Made by a program: the position numbers and the translations under genes
Notes under the pieces: model-generated
Databases searched by the model: none
What the model was told of the DNA's origin: nothing
What the model saw: the letters and a program-made list of their open reading frames with translations, nothing else
In this document: positions 53,323 to 64,000 of the stretch, piece after piece
Layout: each line of letters opens with the position of its first letter
How positions within the stretch are numbered: position 1 is the first letter of the stretch
Origin: Marsupella aquatica
Taxonomy: Eukaryota; Plantae; Marchantiophyta
Assembly (NCBI GenBank): GCA_973895155.1
Contig: OZ316893.1
Location: 27,538,210-27,602,209, forward strand
Length of the DNA: 64,000 bases
Direction of reading: 5' to 3'

Positions 53323-56300
53323 ATGGACGTTTTTGACGCGTGCAGCCGCTGCAGTCTCCGGGCTCGAGCACTCTTCTCCGAAGGGTTTTATTTCATGGAG
53401 TCATTGTTGTCTCCAGAGAGTATTTCTTTGAGAGGATCATTTCAGTCGAGGGAGTCGACAAGGAGAGAAACTAGGTCCACAGCGAACAAGAAAGCGCTTG
53501 CAGCGGGATTGAAGACTCCAAGGCGGCCCAAGATGGTGACAGCGGTAGATGTAGTTGCTCGTGTGTTTGATCCGAGCGCTTCGGAACCTTACACGGTTGT
53601 CATAAACCGTCATCTTCACTCGTTTGGAGTGAATGAGTTTGGATTTGCATTGGCTCCCCCCCGAATTCCTCTGTGCCGGATGAGAAACATGCAGATTGTC
53701 CGGTCTCTGCAGAAGGATTCCACTACGATAGACACATTGAAGTCCGAGTTCAAAACCCAGGGTTACTTCGAGGATGCGCCTCGATTTTACGTTCAGATGA
53801 CAAATGAGGATGGAGAAATCCAGATCTGTACAGATGCCATCCGCGAAACTTGGGATGATATTTGGGTGTTGCAAAACGAGGAGTTTGAGCGCGAATGTGA
53901 TTCTCATGTTTCTTTCCAGATCCTCAAGGACAAAATGTTCTGTGTTTTCGATGGGAACCACCGATTGTATTCGTGGAGCCAAGTGGCGGAGGAACATCCG
54001 GATGATATTAAGTACCATCCTCAAGTGGTCTGCAAGATCTTTAAGGGTGAAAAGAACTCTTTCGTTCAGATCGAGTCGGCTATGCACGCATTGAACAGGT
54101 GGGACTTCTCATGATAAGATAGTTCTGAAATTTCATTTTTACCAGGTCACTTTCAGCTAGCGATCTCGCTAACATGAGGCATGTTGTGGCAGGTTAACTC
54201 AATGTCATGTAGAGAATTCCTGGGTTTTGGAGGCTGAACGCGTCCAGAAGATTCTGAACAATGACTTATCTGTTTACAAAGATATCATCGACGCTGAGAA
54301 TTACAAACTTTTCCAGCAGAAGATGGCCAATGTGCGGAAGGCGGCATGGTATTCGAAGAACATGATGCTGGATGCCTGCACTTATATTCTATCCGCTGCT
54401 AACATTGCATCGCAGACCGAGGACCTTAAGAAGAAATTTGCTCTTAAGGAGGCTCAAGGTGAGCCCCTTTCCAAGGCTGCACAGGACTTAGCAATGCGTG
54501 ACATGATGAAAGAACAACTTGCTGATTGGAATGTGAAAGTTCCAAAGATCGGTCCATTACTAAATCGTGAGTTTGGAGACTTTTTCAAGAAATGTGTCGA
54601 AATGCATAACTACTGTGAGAACGAGAGAAAGGAGGCCCAGAGAACAGATGATAAAGGCAGGGGAAATGTTTCTTGTGGTCTTGATCGAGCTTGATTGTTC
54701 ACTGGTGTGACCTCTTTATCCCCAGAGCTCCGATGTACACTCCTGGAGGCACAGTGTTCGTCCTGAGCTTCGGAAAAAATTCTTTCATCCAGGTCAATTC
54801 TCAGATGGTGAGACTAAGCTTTCGCTTCATCGTTGGGCAATGTGGGAGCAAGTCGAGTCAATTTCGTCTTCCCTCATGTCTAAAATTGTTTCTGAGGTAA
54901 TGCCTACTGTTCCTAAGTCGAGGATCCTTACGTCTTCAGAGAAGACGAAAGCTTCGCTAATCCTTGACATTGAGGAGGATTTTGAGGATTTCCAAACTCG
55001 TGTGAAAACTTGTTTCTTCAAGCAGATTTGGCCACCCAAGACAGGAGAGAAGGTAGACATTACATTGTTTCGGAGGAGAGCGAAGAGATACACGTATCGA
55101 TTTTTTGTAGACAGAGAAGTAGTAGACAAATTTTACTAGTGGTCCTACCCAGCCTGTTTCTCCCCATGGATAGTCGGGGTTAAAGAGGACCCTACAAGTG
55201 ATAAGTTTGGGGAATATTGTATGTTTCCATGCGAGGGAAGTGAAGCTCCGAGGAGATTGAGCAAGTGGGAGGTTCTTCATTGTCCATGGTATTTGGACTC
55301 GGACAAATGGTCTGTGACATTTGACACTGCAGAGAAAGCAGCTCTTCACATGATCAATCGAGGATTCCTTCCGAAATCTTACATCTCCGAGTCCAAATTG
55401 GCACCCACTGATGCTGAAGTTGGTGGTTGCGAGGCGATGGAAAAAGCTTGTCTTGGTGTAGCTACCATAGTGGATAGGAGTCGAGCACGGAAGCCAAGAA
55501 AAGGAGCATTGAAGGACACATCCAAAGATGGGTCCCAGATTTCCGGAAAGCCAAGTAAGTCTGTTAATTGTATGTTACTTTTTATTTTTAAGTCCGGATG
55601 GGTGTCGAATATACAGATACTAATGTCTTTTGCTTCACAGAGAGGAGGAAGGGAGTGGCTTCTGAGAGTTTGAAGAGTGGAGCAGATGATGGTGAGGAAC
55701 CTCAGTCCCCAAATGCCGAAGTCACAACAAAGAGCGCAGTGGATTTAGGAAGTATAAAACGTTTGAAACGGAAGCGGAACATCCAGATTCTTTCAGATTC
55801 GGATGATGAGGAAGTTTCAGTTGCTCAAGGTGTTGCTCGGATGTGTGGTTTGAAGATGGATGGGCAGCAACATTTCCTGGCTCATAGCAATTTGACCGAT
55901 ACTGCAAACTCAATTAGTGTAAGTAAAGTGAGGCCATCTTGGATGGGAGATGGAGATCGATGGATTACTGGGATGTCGAAGAGCGTAGAGTGCCCGAACC
56001 ATGTCGTAATTAATGGAAAGCCTTATGCTGGGATTGGAGCACATTTGGGATTCATTTCTCTTCCCACTGGGCATAGAACAAGCGTTACAGACAAACAGGT
56101 TCCATCTTGGAATGTTTGGAGCAAGAAACTCCCACATTATTTTTTTGGAGTGATGAGACCAATGCTTTCAGACGACGGATATGTTGCTGTCTTGCACAGC
56201 TCAGACTTCAATCACATGAGGCAAATATTTACGGCAGTCGAGCAAAAAAACAAATTCAAACATGTGCAACAATATACCGTTTTGTTGTCCACCCCTTTAT

Positions 56301-57012
56301 GGAGGGCAGATATGGATATTGAGGTAGTTATCCCTTAAATTTCTTGAGAGTTTTAATGCTAGCGATGTCGCTAACAAAATTATAATTTTTATCTACCAAA
56401 CATATCTTGTCTAGGTGTTAATTTTCTATTTTCCGACTAAGTTAATGCTAGCGAGCTCGCTAACAAAGTTAGCATTGTTTCTGATGTATTTTGGTTTTTA
56501 TGCAGGTGTGCACTCTCATCCTGGATGTTTTTTGTCGGGTGGAATTTAGTGCAAAGATTCCTAAAGACCCAGCGTATGTTCCATTGACGTCTTCGGAAGA
56601 TGCAAGACATAAGTCAATGTTGAGTGTTTGTTACCCTAAGACTGACCCCTGTCCAGAAGCGGCTGTTGCTGGATCAAAAAGGCTTTCAATTGGGTTCATG
56701 CAAGTCGTGATGGAATTCCTCATGAAGCCCAAAGATATAGTCCTTGACTGGACTGTGTGTGACGGTAGCTCGTTTTCTGCCGGAGAATTCTCCGGGAGAT
56801 TTGTTGTCGGTGTTGAAGACAGGGACATTCTCCATTGCTGTGCAGAAAAAACTTTAAACAGTGTTCTGGCGAGGCATTCGAGCAAGGCAAAACAGATTAG
56901 GGATCAGCCAGCCAAGGTTAATCAAGACGCTGGGTCGGATGATGAGTTCACGATTCCAGGGGATGAACAGGCTGGGCCTTCAAGCGAGAAAGACGAATTC
57001 GACCTGGAGTAA
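53323..57012 (+). pseudogene. ParB-like domain + beta-class N6A/N4C DNA methyltransferase-like fusion gene (element 2)
   Basis: IPLCRM..IVRSL..IDTLKSEF..QGY..FYV..FDGNHRLYSW. AHLGFISLPTG, MRPMLSDDGYVAVLH and KRLSIGFMQVVMEFLMKPKDIVLDWTVCDGSSFSAGEFSGRFVVGVE. Introns 54099-54192, 55555-55640 and 56324-56505; introns 1 and 3 are at the same codon positions as in element 1. Stops at 54692 and 55137, frameshift near 54760. Confidence 0.78.
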
Positions 57013-57017
57013 AGTAC

Positions 57018-57455
57018 TTGGCCTCTTCTGATGTCGGACTCCCTATTTGGTTTCTTTTGTTTTCTTTATTTTGTTGCTCTTTGTCAACTGATGTCGGTGG
57101 TTGCGTCAGTGATAGGAGGGTGGATTGGTTTTCTGAGGAGAGATTTCGTCTTTGGAGGGAAGTCCAGGAGTCCATTGTGGTTACTCCTGAGAAGCCTTTT
57201 ACTCTTCCGTGCTATGCTGAGACATCGGCAAGGCAGGTTGATGAAGATCCTGTTGTCTTGACTTGGGAGGCGAAAGGACTTCGGTCCATGAGAGGTGCTC
57301 GAAGATATCTGGATTGTTCAAGGTTTATCGACAATGAGGCGGGGACAGTCCGTCAGTATTTAGATGAGTCTGCCGAGTCCACGGAGAGGGAGACCAGTAG
57401 CGATCCTAGTAGTAGTGACATCTCTGATGAATCAGAGGATGAAGTTTATGACTGA
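57018..57455 (+). CDS. Small conserved ORF/terminal exon with acidic tail (element 2)
   Basis: Open 145-codon frame homologous to 39640-40010. The true start is uncertain; a polypyrimidine tract suggests it may be a spliced exon. Confidence 0.55.
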   Translation: MASSDVGLPIWFLLFSLFCCSLSTDVGGCVSDRRVDWFSEERFRLWREVQESIVVTPEKPFTLPCYAETSARQVDEDPVVLTWEAKGLRSMRGARRYLDCSRFIDNEAGTVRQYLDESAESTERETSSDPSSSDISDESEDEVYD

Positions 57456-58668
57456 ACAAGTAAGAGGAAGTAGGACTGGATGTACTGGTCGAGGTCGACT
57501 CTCACCATTTTTCTGTCTTGAAGTTGTTGGCGATCCACACTTTCAATGTCAAGAGGTTCCATATTTTGATGGGAGTTTCTAGTTTTGGTGATCCTTTTTA
57601 GATGATTAAAACGTGTGTGGCTCAAGTATGGAATACTTATGAAAATCATGCAGGATTTTTCATTGTCATATTCGTTTCATTATTGTAAGAGGTGGAAAAC
57701 TGAGACTGTTTTGGCATTGTTTTCATGGAATGTGAGAGAAATTTATCCGCCAGAATGCTTCGCTAACAATGTTGCCTCGCTAGCAAAATCTCCTGTTTCC
57801 TCGCACCATACAATTCCTCCTTCACAGACCCAATACCCTCAATTTGACAGGAGTGATCATTTCCCATTAGAACTAAACCGTTTGAAACAGAGTAAGAATT
57901 GAAAAACTCACGAATGTAATAAATGTGAAAAGAGCAAGCACAATCGAGAATCCACATATCATCTACTCTCCTAGATGACGTGCATAGGGCATACCCCTGG
58001 CTTCATAATACATACTCATCATTGAGTAAATCAGCATCTCCATCAGCCCTAGCCACATTTGTCGATGAAGATTCAGCTGCCTTTCCCTTACAATCTCGCT
58101 TGAAGTGTCCGACCTGGTTGCACTTCCAACATGTCATTTGCCTCCTCTGAGGGGATTTTCCCCTGGACTTAGATCTGGATTTAGATCTAAACTGGGTTCT
58201 ACGGTCCCCAGTTGGTCGCTACATACTCCTCCCACGGTTAACATTGAGGGCAACACCAGATGATGAAGGTTGTGACGTGATGTACATCTTCTGTTGAAGA
58301 TCATCACCAAGCAAAGAACTTACCACATCATTGTACGAAATGGTATCCCTATCACGATGCAACAACACCCGTGATAGAGACTGGTAAGATGGAGGCACTG
58401 TAGAGTCTTCATCATTCAAAGTCTCCCCAAGGTTTTCCAAGTCAACGACCATGTCATTGAAAGCATCCACATGGTCCTGCAATTTTGTACCAGATTCCTT
58501 CATCCTGAAACTCATTAATTTGTAGGAAGTATAGAGCCGGTTCGACAACTCCTTGCGGTGATACTTGCTTTGCAATTTTGCAAACAAGGATATGCAATCT
58601 TTATGTGCACCCAACTGCTTGATGATGGGAGGCATGAGATAGAGTGTAACACACCACACTCCCTGCTC

Positions 58669-59060
58669 AAGATGTTGTTATATGAAGATGTTGTTAAGAA
58701 AAAAGATGTCATGTCACCCAAGATGTCGTTATGTAAAAGATGTTGCCAAGAAAAAAGATGTAATTAAGAATAAAGAAGTTGTGTTGCCAAAGACGTGGTT
58801 ATGTGAAAGATGTCATTGAGTAGAAAGATGTAGGATGTAGTGAAGTAAAAAGATGTCGTGATGCCAAAGATGCTGTGAAATAAAAAGATGTGGGAAAAAT
58901 ATGTCGCGAATTAAAAATTGTTGTGGCGCCAAAGATGTTGTATCGTGTAAAATCTGCCTTGTGAAGTAAAAAGATGTCATGATGCCAAAGATTTTGTCAA
59001 GTAAAACGATGGTGTTATGTCAAAGATGTTGAGGCGCCTAAGATGTTGGAGGTTTGACGG
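58669..59060. repeat. Short-period AAGATGT repeat array
   Basis: Many copies of aagatgt(t/c) variants, starting exactly where copia A gag breaks. Confidence 0.7.
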
Positions 59061-59585
59061 TTTTAATTGAATTGAGTTGGCCAGGGTTTGGAGGGAGAGA
59101 GGGTTCGGAGGGAGAGAGGAGCGCAGGGAAGAGGGCAGCACCAGGCAAGGAGCAACAGGTGGTTGCGCCGCTGTGCATTGAGGGCTGAGAGAAGAAAATT
59201 GCAGGGAGAGAAGTGGAGGGACAGTTTTTCCAGCTTTATCCCTTTCTTTTATAGTTTGGTACCTTCCACCCGAAACGTTGCATTAAATTCAAATGACGGC
59301 ACCAACATTTTTTTGGTGCAATAGTGTTTTATGTGTTTTGATAGAGATAACAAGAAGCAAAAACAGTAAACAAGAGACCTTAATTAATTTCTTCTAATTG
59401 CAAACATTTACAAAGGCTCTCATAATGGAAAGCAAAAATTTTGAACTATGTAAGTTCATATCCTCTGTCGTGCGCATACACATCGCTACACAACATACAT
59501 TGCTTGTCACATACATCCAGACATAGTCACACTGTCACATCACAAACACAAGAGAATGGAATACAAGTGGAACTCATGTCCACAC

Positions 59586-59890
59586 CTCGGGGGCCTCAAT
59601 CCAAGGGGTGTCTCATATCACGCTCAAAGTTTTGGGGGAATAAACACCCTAAAAGTTAAGTCAATAAAGTTTTGTTTAGGAATTTTTTTACCCCTAACTT
59701 AATAGAATATTCCAAGAATATTCCCATATTTGATTTTAAAAACCCCTATGATTCTTGTAATTCTCAAAATTGGATTAAAATAACCCTAATGTTCTTCAAC
59801 AAAAATTTAAAAGTATTTCACTAAACCCAATAAAAAACCCTATACTTATTCGCGCATGATGGTCGGAAGAAAAGAAGTGAGGACCCCGGG
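59586..59890. mobile_element. MITE, CTCGGGG TIR family
   Basis: TIR ctcgggggcctca / tgaggaccccggg. 8-bp TSD GTCCACAC. Confidence 0.8.
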
Positions 59891-62800
59891 GTCCACACAT
59901 GTCCAAAACCCACAATAATCTCAATACAATCGGCACAACGATCCTGGTCAACAATTATACCCCATCGATCCCGCACCGATCTGATCACACACATATGTCA
60001 AGCCAACGCACCTTGCACTACTCAAGGAATCCACGTTACACAAGCGGAGCTCACAGCCACCATAGCCACACTCAAGCTCCTCTCTCTCCAAGGCTCAACA
60101 TTGAAAGATGACCTTTCAATGCCTCAGAAGTGAGAAGTACCCTCTCACACAAACCTGATGGAACCTTATTGGCTCATATAGCACACATACCAAACATACG
60201 GATCTAGATAGTACGATACACTCTAACACTACCTAAAATGGTGTGACACCTCTAATACACATGGATAGTTCTCTTGGAGACCAAATGCGGAAAAAATAGG
60301 CCTTTACAATGGCCTTTGTAATGGCCTTCAAATAACCTATCTCCTATCACTTTCCTAGCTTAATTAATGCCCTTCATGAATTTTCTTTTTGTAATTAATT
60401 TCAGGGCATTTATCAATAACAATGCACATTCAACATATGGATCGCCACATTCTCCTCTACTTTTCTAAAGTAAGGAAAATCAAAATATTTTACTCTTCAG
60501 GTGTGTTAACTTCCTATTACCTGATTATGAGCAATATTAACTTTAAAACCTTGGGCTAAAACCCTTGTTTTGGGGCATTATGGTTAACAATGCTCTCTAC
60601 AATGTATGTTCATAGAGACTAAATGTTATTTGGTTTGACTGGATTTTCTTCTACACCGTGTTTATGTACAACTTACCTCAGATAATCACAACAATTCACA
60701 ATTTTGTACCTTAATTTCCCCTTGTAAAGAACTCGTTGACCACAGTTGAAATCTAGGACCCGCTGACCTTAAAATCCATTGGTCTTCCTTACTGAGTGTG
60801 CACTCCAGTGCCATTAAGGCAGGGCAGGGCTGGCATGGAGGAGGAGGAGGGGAGACTCGGGCGAGGCAAGGCAAGGTCACGGTGAGGGAGCTGGAGTCAA
60901 GGGCGGAAAGGTGAGGCGAGAAAGGGTGGGGCAAGATAGAGGCGAGGGGCGGGAGTAGATAGAGGCCAAGGCCCAAGGGAGGGAGCAGGAGTTGGGGCAA
61001 GGACGGAGGGTCGCGGACGGTGGGCTTGTTGGGGCTCATCAAGGGAGGGAGCAAGGTAGTCGGGGCTTGTTGGGGAGGGAGCAAGATCTCAACACGTTTG
61101 GGCTTGTCAGGGCTTTTCGGGGCATTGCGGAGTCGAGGCGCTGCAAGGATACCGGGGTCACTATGGGACATTTTGTGCACTCGGTGGTTTTTGCTATTTA
61201 TAGCTTCCACTATTTTTAGTGTCAATTTTTCCCCCCAAATGCCCTACCAATTTTGAATGATGACCACGGAAAAAATGCACAACGTTGTATTATAGTCTTT
61301 AATAGCTTTTGATGTTTCCCTATCATCTAACCTATTGTGTTAGATTATTATAATAGGTTAGGGGTTATACAATATTGAAGTACCTCTAATAGTAGACAAT
61401 ATCATATACATTATGTACTTTTGTATTTCTTGTGTATGGATCATGAACCTCCTTGATACTCGTGCATGTGCATTCGCTCCCTCTATTTTGGTGTCCCATT
61501 TGATTCCTCATTTGTTTGGAATGCACTTTATTCACTTTTTGGTGCACACTAAATTTAATACAACTTTGATTCCTTCTATTTGCTAGGATTAACTTTTTTT
61601 GGACACTACAAATTTGAATGACGACCACTGTCTACAAAAAAGTGCGCAAGAGTGTATTACAGTTTAGGATTATACCACTTTCAAACCTAATTTGTGTTAC
61701 TTTACAATGTTGATCTGGGTTACTGTTGCCACATTCCTCTAATTAAGTATGAAAGTTTTGTTTGATTAGAATGTCCCTCATTTTGGCTGTCATATGTTTC
61801 TACTGTCAGGCTGCTAAGCAAAGAATGGCTATGTGGAACTCTTGCCTTTGACCTCTCACCCAATTGCCTTAAGTTTGACCCTCCCCAGTTGGAGTTGGAG
61901 CTCAGCACCATGCCTAAACCAAATCCTCCGGTTCTTGCTCTGCCAGCACTGCTCGCCAGTGTGGATGGTCCATGTCAGCCGACCACTGTACCCAATGCAC
62001 CCTGTTTGCTCACTCCTTTGTTGGCTCTGCCAGCTCCACCTGTGTCTCACCCCACGCCCCAATTGCCAATTCAAAGCAACCCCGTGCACCAGACAAATTT
62101 ACCAGTGTCCCACAGCCCTGTGCACCATAGAAATTGTCCGGTGCCCCTGGCCACCCAAGATGATGACAATGTGGTCATCACAGGAACATTGCAGACTCTC
62201 TGGGTGTGGTCCCTCCTGCAACTTCGGAAAAAAGAAAATGTTACCCCTCGTAGCAAGTTTACCCCACAAAAGTGAAGGTTGGGGTTCTGTATAGAGAGCA
62301 GCCCAGGAGTACTCCACAACAACCTAAGTGTGTACAGCTCATTGACTTAATACAGGATTCATCCCTGGGTTCTCCAAGATCCAATGATTAGCATCCTGGT
62401 CCAAGGGTGCATATGTCTTGAAGAGATACTGAAAAAAATCAGTAATCATTGGGCCTTAGCGTGCATTTTGGTTATTGGAATTGCATATCAACTGTGTTGT
62501 ATAGCACATTGGATCCAATGTTTAGCATTCAAAGGTGAATATGTCAATAGATACTGCAAAATATAATGATCATTGGGCTTGCTTTTTGACATATCATCCC
62601 TGCTATATGCATATATTCTATCTTACTTATAAATCTGCAACTACAAGCTAGAGTTGGGACCTAGGCTTCTAGAATGAAGCCTCTAGACCGTAACTCCATG
62701 GCTCATCATGTGGAATGATGAGAAAATTGATGTCTATGATGTATGTCATGTCAAATGATAATCATGACTGCTTTTTGTTATTATTTCTATTTATATTAAA

Positions 62801-63761
62801 AATTGATCTCTATGGCCCCACCATATTACATGTGCATAAGTGGGATGTAGGATAGAAAAACTACTAGGGATGTGCATAGAAAAAAGTACTATGGTATGTT
62901 ATGTCTGATTATTAAAATGATGCTATGCATGATTTTTTTTTATCATTTCATTAACCTTCAAAATATATGAATAAGGAATATATTTTGGTGACATTTTTAT
63001 TGTCCTCCCTGCTATTCACGTTCAAAGAACGGGTAGTTGGGGCTAGTATGTATAATATGCAATCCCGCCAAAATTGGCTCATCGTCTGCTTATGAAAAGC
63101 AAAAAGAGTGGGAGTAAATTCTGACCATCCATTAAAATCACAATTTATTCTCACCCTTGGATCAAACCAAAAGTACTTGCCCTGCCTCCATTGGCTGTCC
63201 TATTTGGACTGCATTGTGTATATACTCATAAGGTAGTATTTTGGTCCTGACTATACATAGTACATCAGAACCATTGTATTGTTGTGCCCTACTCTAGATG
63301 TTGGTACACTCTGCACAATGGCATCTTTGAGTCCATTGATCCAATATGCCCTTCTTCCCTAGAGGCTTGTACCCTTGTACAATGGTACCATCCTCACGTG
63401 TTATGGAAAGATAGGTACCAGAGGGTATTTACATGTCAGATGATTGTATAGTGTGCAAGGAAGGCACAAAATACTTAAAAATATTTACTTCCCAAGAGAG
63501 AAATGAATAGTACGCAGGGAAGGAGGGCCCTTGAGGGAAAGAGGACGGAGGATAATAAAAGGATATAAATAAAGGAAAGGAAAACAACAAAAATAGATAA
63601 GTTAGGGCAATGCAAAAAAAAGAAAAGTTAGGACAATGAGAGAAAGGGAGCTTTGATCTAATGGAAAAAATTGTTAGGTATTTACTCAAGGTCTAGGGTT
63701 ACCACATGTAACCATAGTTAGGGTAACCATAGTTGGAGACATGGTTAAGTTAACTAGGATA

Positions 63762-64000
63762 CTCGGGGGTTAACTAAGTGTATATTTTGGGGTACAACGT
63801 GTGATCCTAGCCTAATATAGATAGACCTATTTTATAAAGAAAATATCCCAAGAATATTCTCTATTTTTAATATTAATAACCTATTTTACTTTATAAAAAG
63901 TATATATTAGAGAATATTCTATGAACATGAGTTTATAATACCTTCTTTTGCCTCCTACGCTTTTTAAAAATTTAGTTAATTTATATCAAAAATACATATT
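63762..64000. mobile_element. MITE (cut by the window end), same family as 8702-8988
   Basis: Starts ctcgggggttaactaagtgtatattt and is colinear with 8702-8940. Confidence 0.85.

Larger units (their letters stand above)
47533..57819. mobile_element. Mutator-like element 2 carrying a ParB-like/DNA methyltransferase-like gene
   Basis: TIRs gggtcattgtagcgtgcgaggaaacag / ctgtttcctcgcaccatacaattcctc (22/27 match). Perfect 9-bp TSD CTTCACAGA (47524-32, 57820-28). Copia A reading frame resumes across it. Confidence 0.93.
18469..58668 (-). mobile_element. Copia A, 3' part (gag C-terminus to 3' LTR) with nested insertions
   Basis: Segments: 57829-58668 (gag UBN2-like, Zn knuckle, protease WILDCACSFH), 45275-47532 (GAG-pre-integrase, integrase HSDVWGP/SDNGGEY, RT start) and 18822-19806 (RT LYVDDM, KQSPRQW, YVDAD). 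Reading continues across each insertion TSD. Confidence 0.85.

Noticed and set aside
60686-62322. Proline-rich ORFs (60686-61225 on -, 61889-62275 on +)
   Set aside because: Low complexity and no domain recognised. They could be exons of a gene or transposon but I cannot support that.

Overview
Repeat-dense eukaryotic genomic DNA, read by eye. It is most likely from a non-seed land plant such as a bryophyte (inferred from Ty1/copia, CACTA, Mutator-like elements, GT-AG introns, signal-peptide polyphenol oxidases and TTTAGGG traces). Host genes: an intact, intronless, fungal-looking 2OG-Fe(II) oxygenase (892-1863, -) and two polyphenol oxidase pseudogenes (~7370-8300 and 10127-11851, -). Most of the rest is a five-level nest: copia A > copia B > CACTA > Mutator-like element 1 > gypsy fragment, plus a second Mutator-like element and six MITEs (five complete with 8-bp TSDs). 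Main finding: two diverged Mutator-like transposons (29226-40486 and 47533-57819; TIRs, 9-bp TSDs). Each pairs a GCM-like/DDE/SWIM transposase with a divergent, intron-containing gene encoding a ParB-like (DGNHR) domain fused to a beta-class N6A/N4C DNA methyltransferase-like domain. Each element carries its own palindrome (TAGCGCnnnGCGCTA vs TAGCGAnnTCGCTA) repeated 10-13 times, only in introns, the divergent promoter and subterminal DNA. This is a candidate parS-like self-recognition or epigenetic (anti-silencing) system. Both copies are degenerate and the methyltransferase catalytic motif is non-canonical, so activity is unproven. Copia A is split into oppositely oriented halves, implying a ~52 kb inversion (~6793-58668) or a misassembly.
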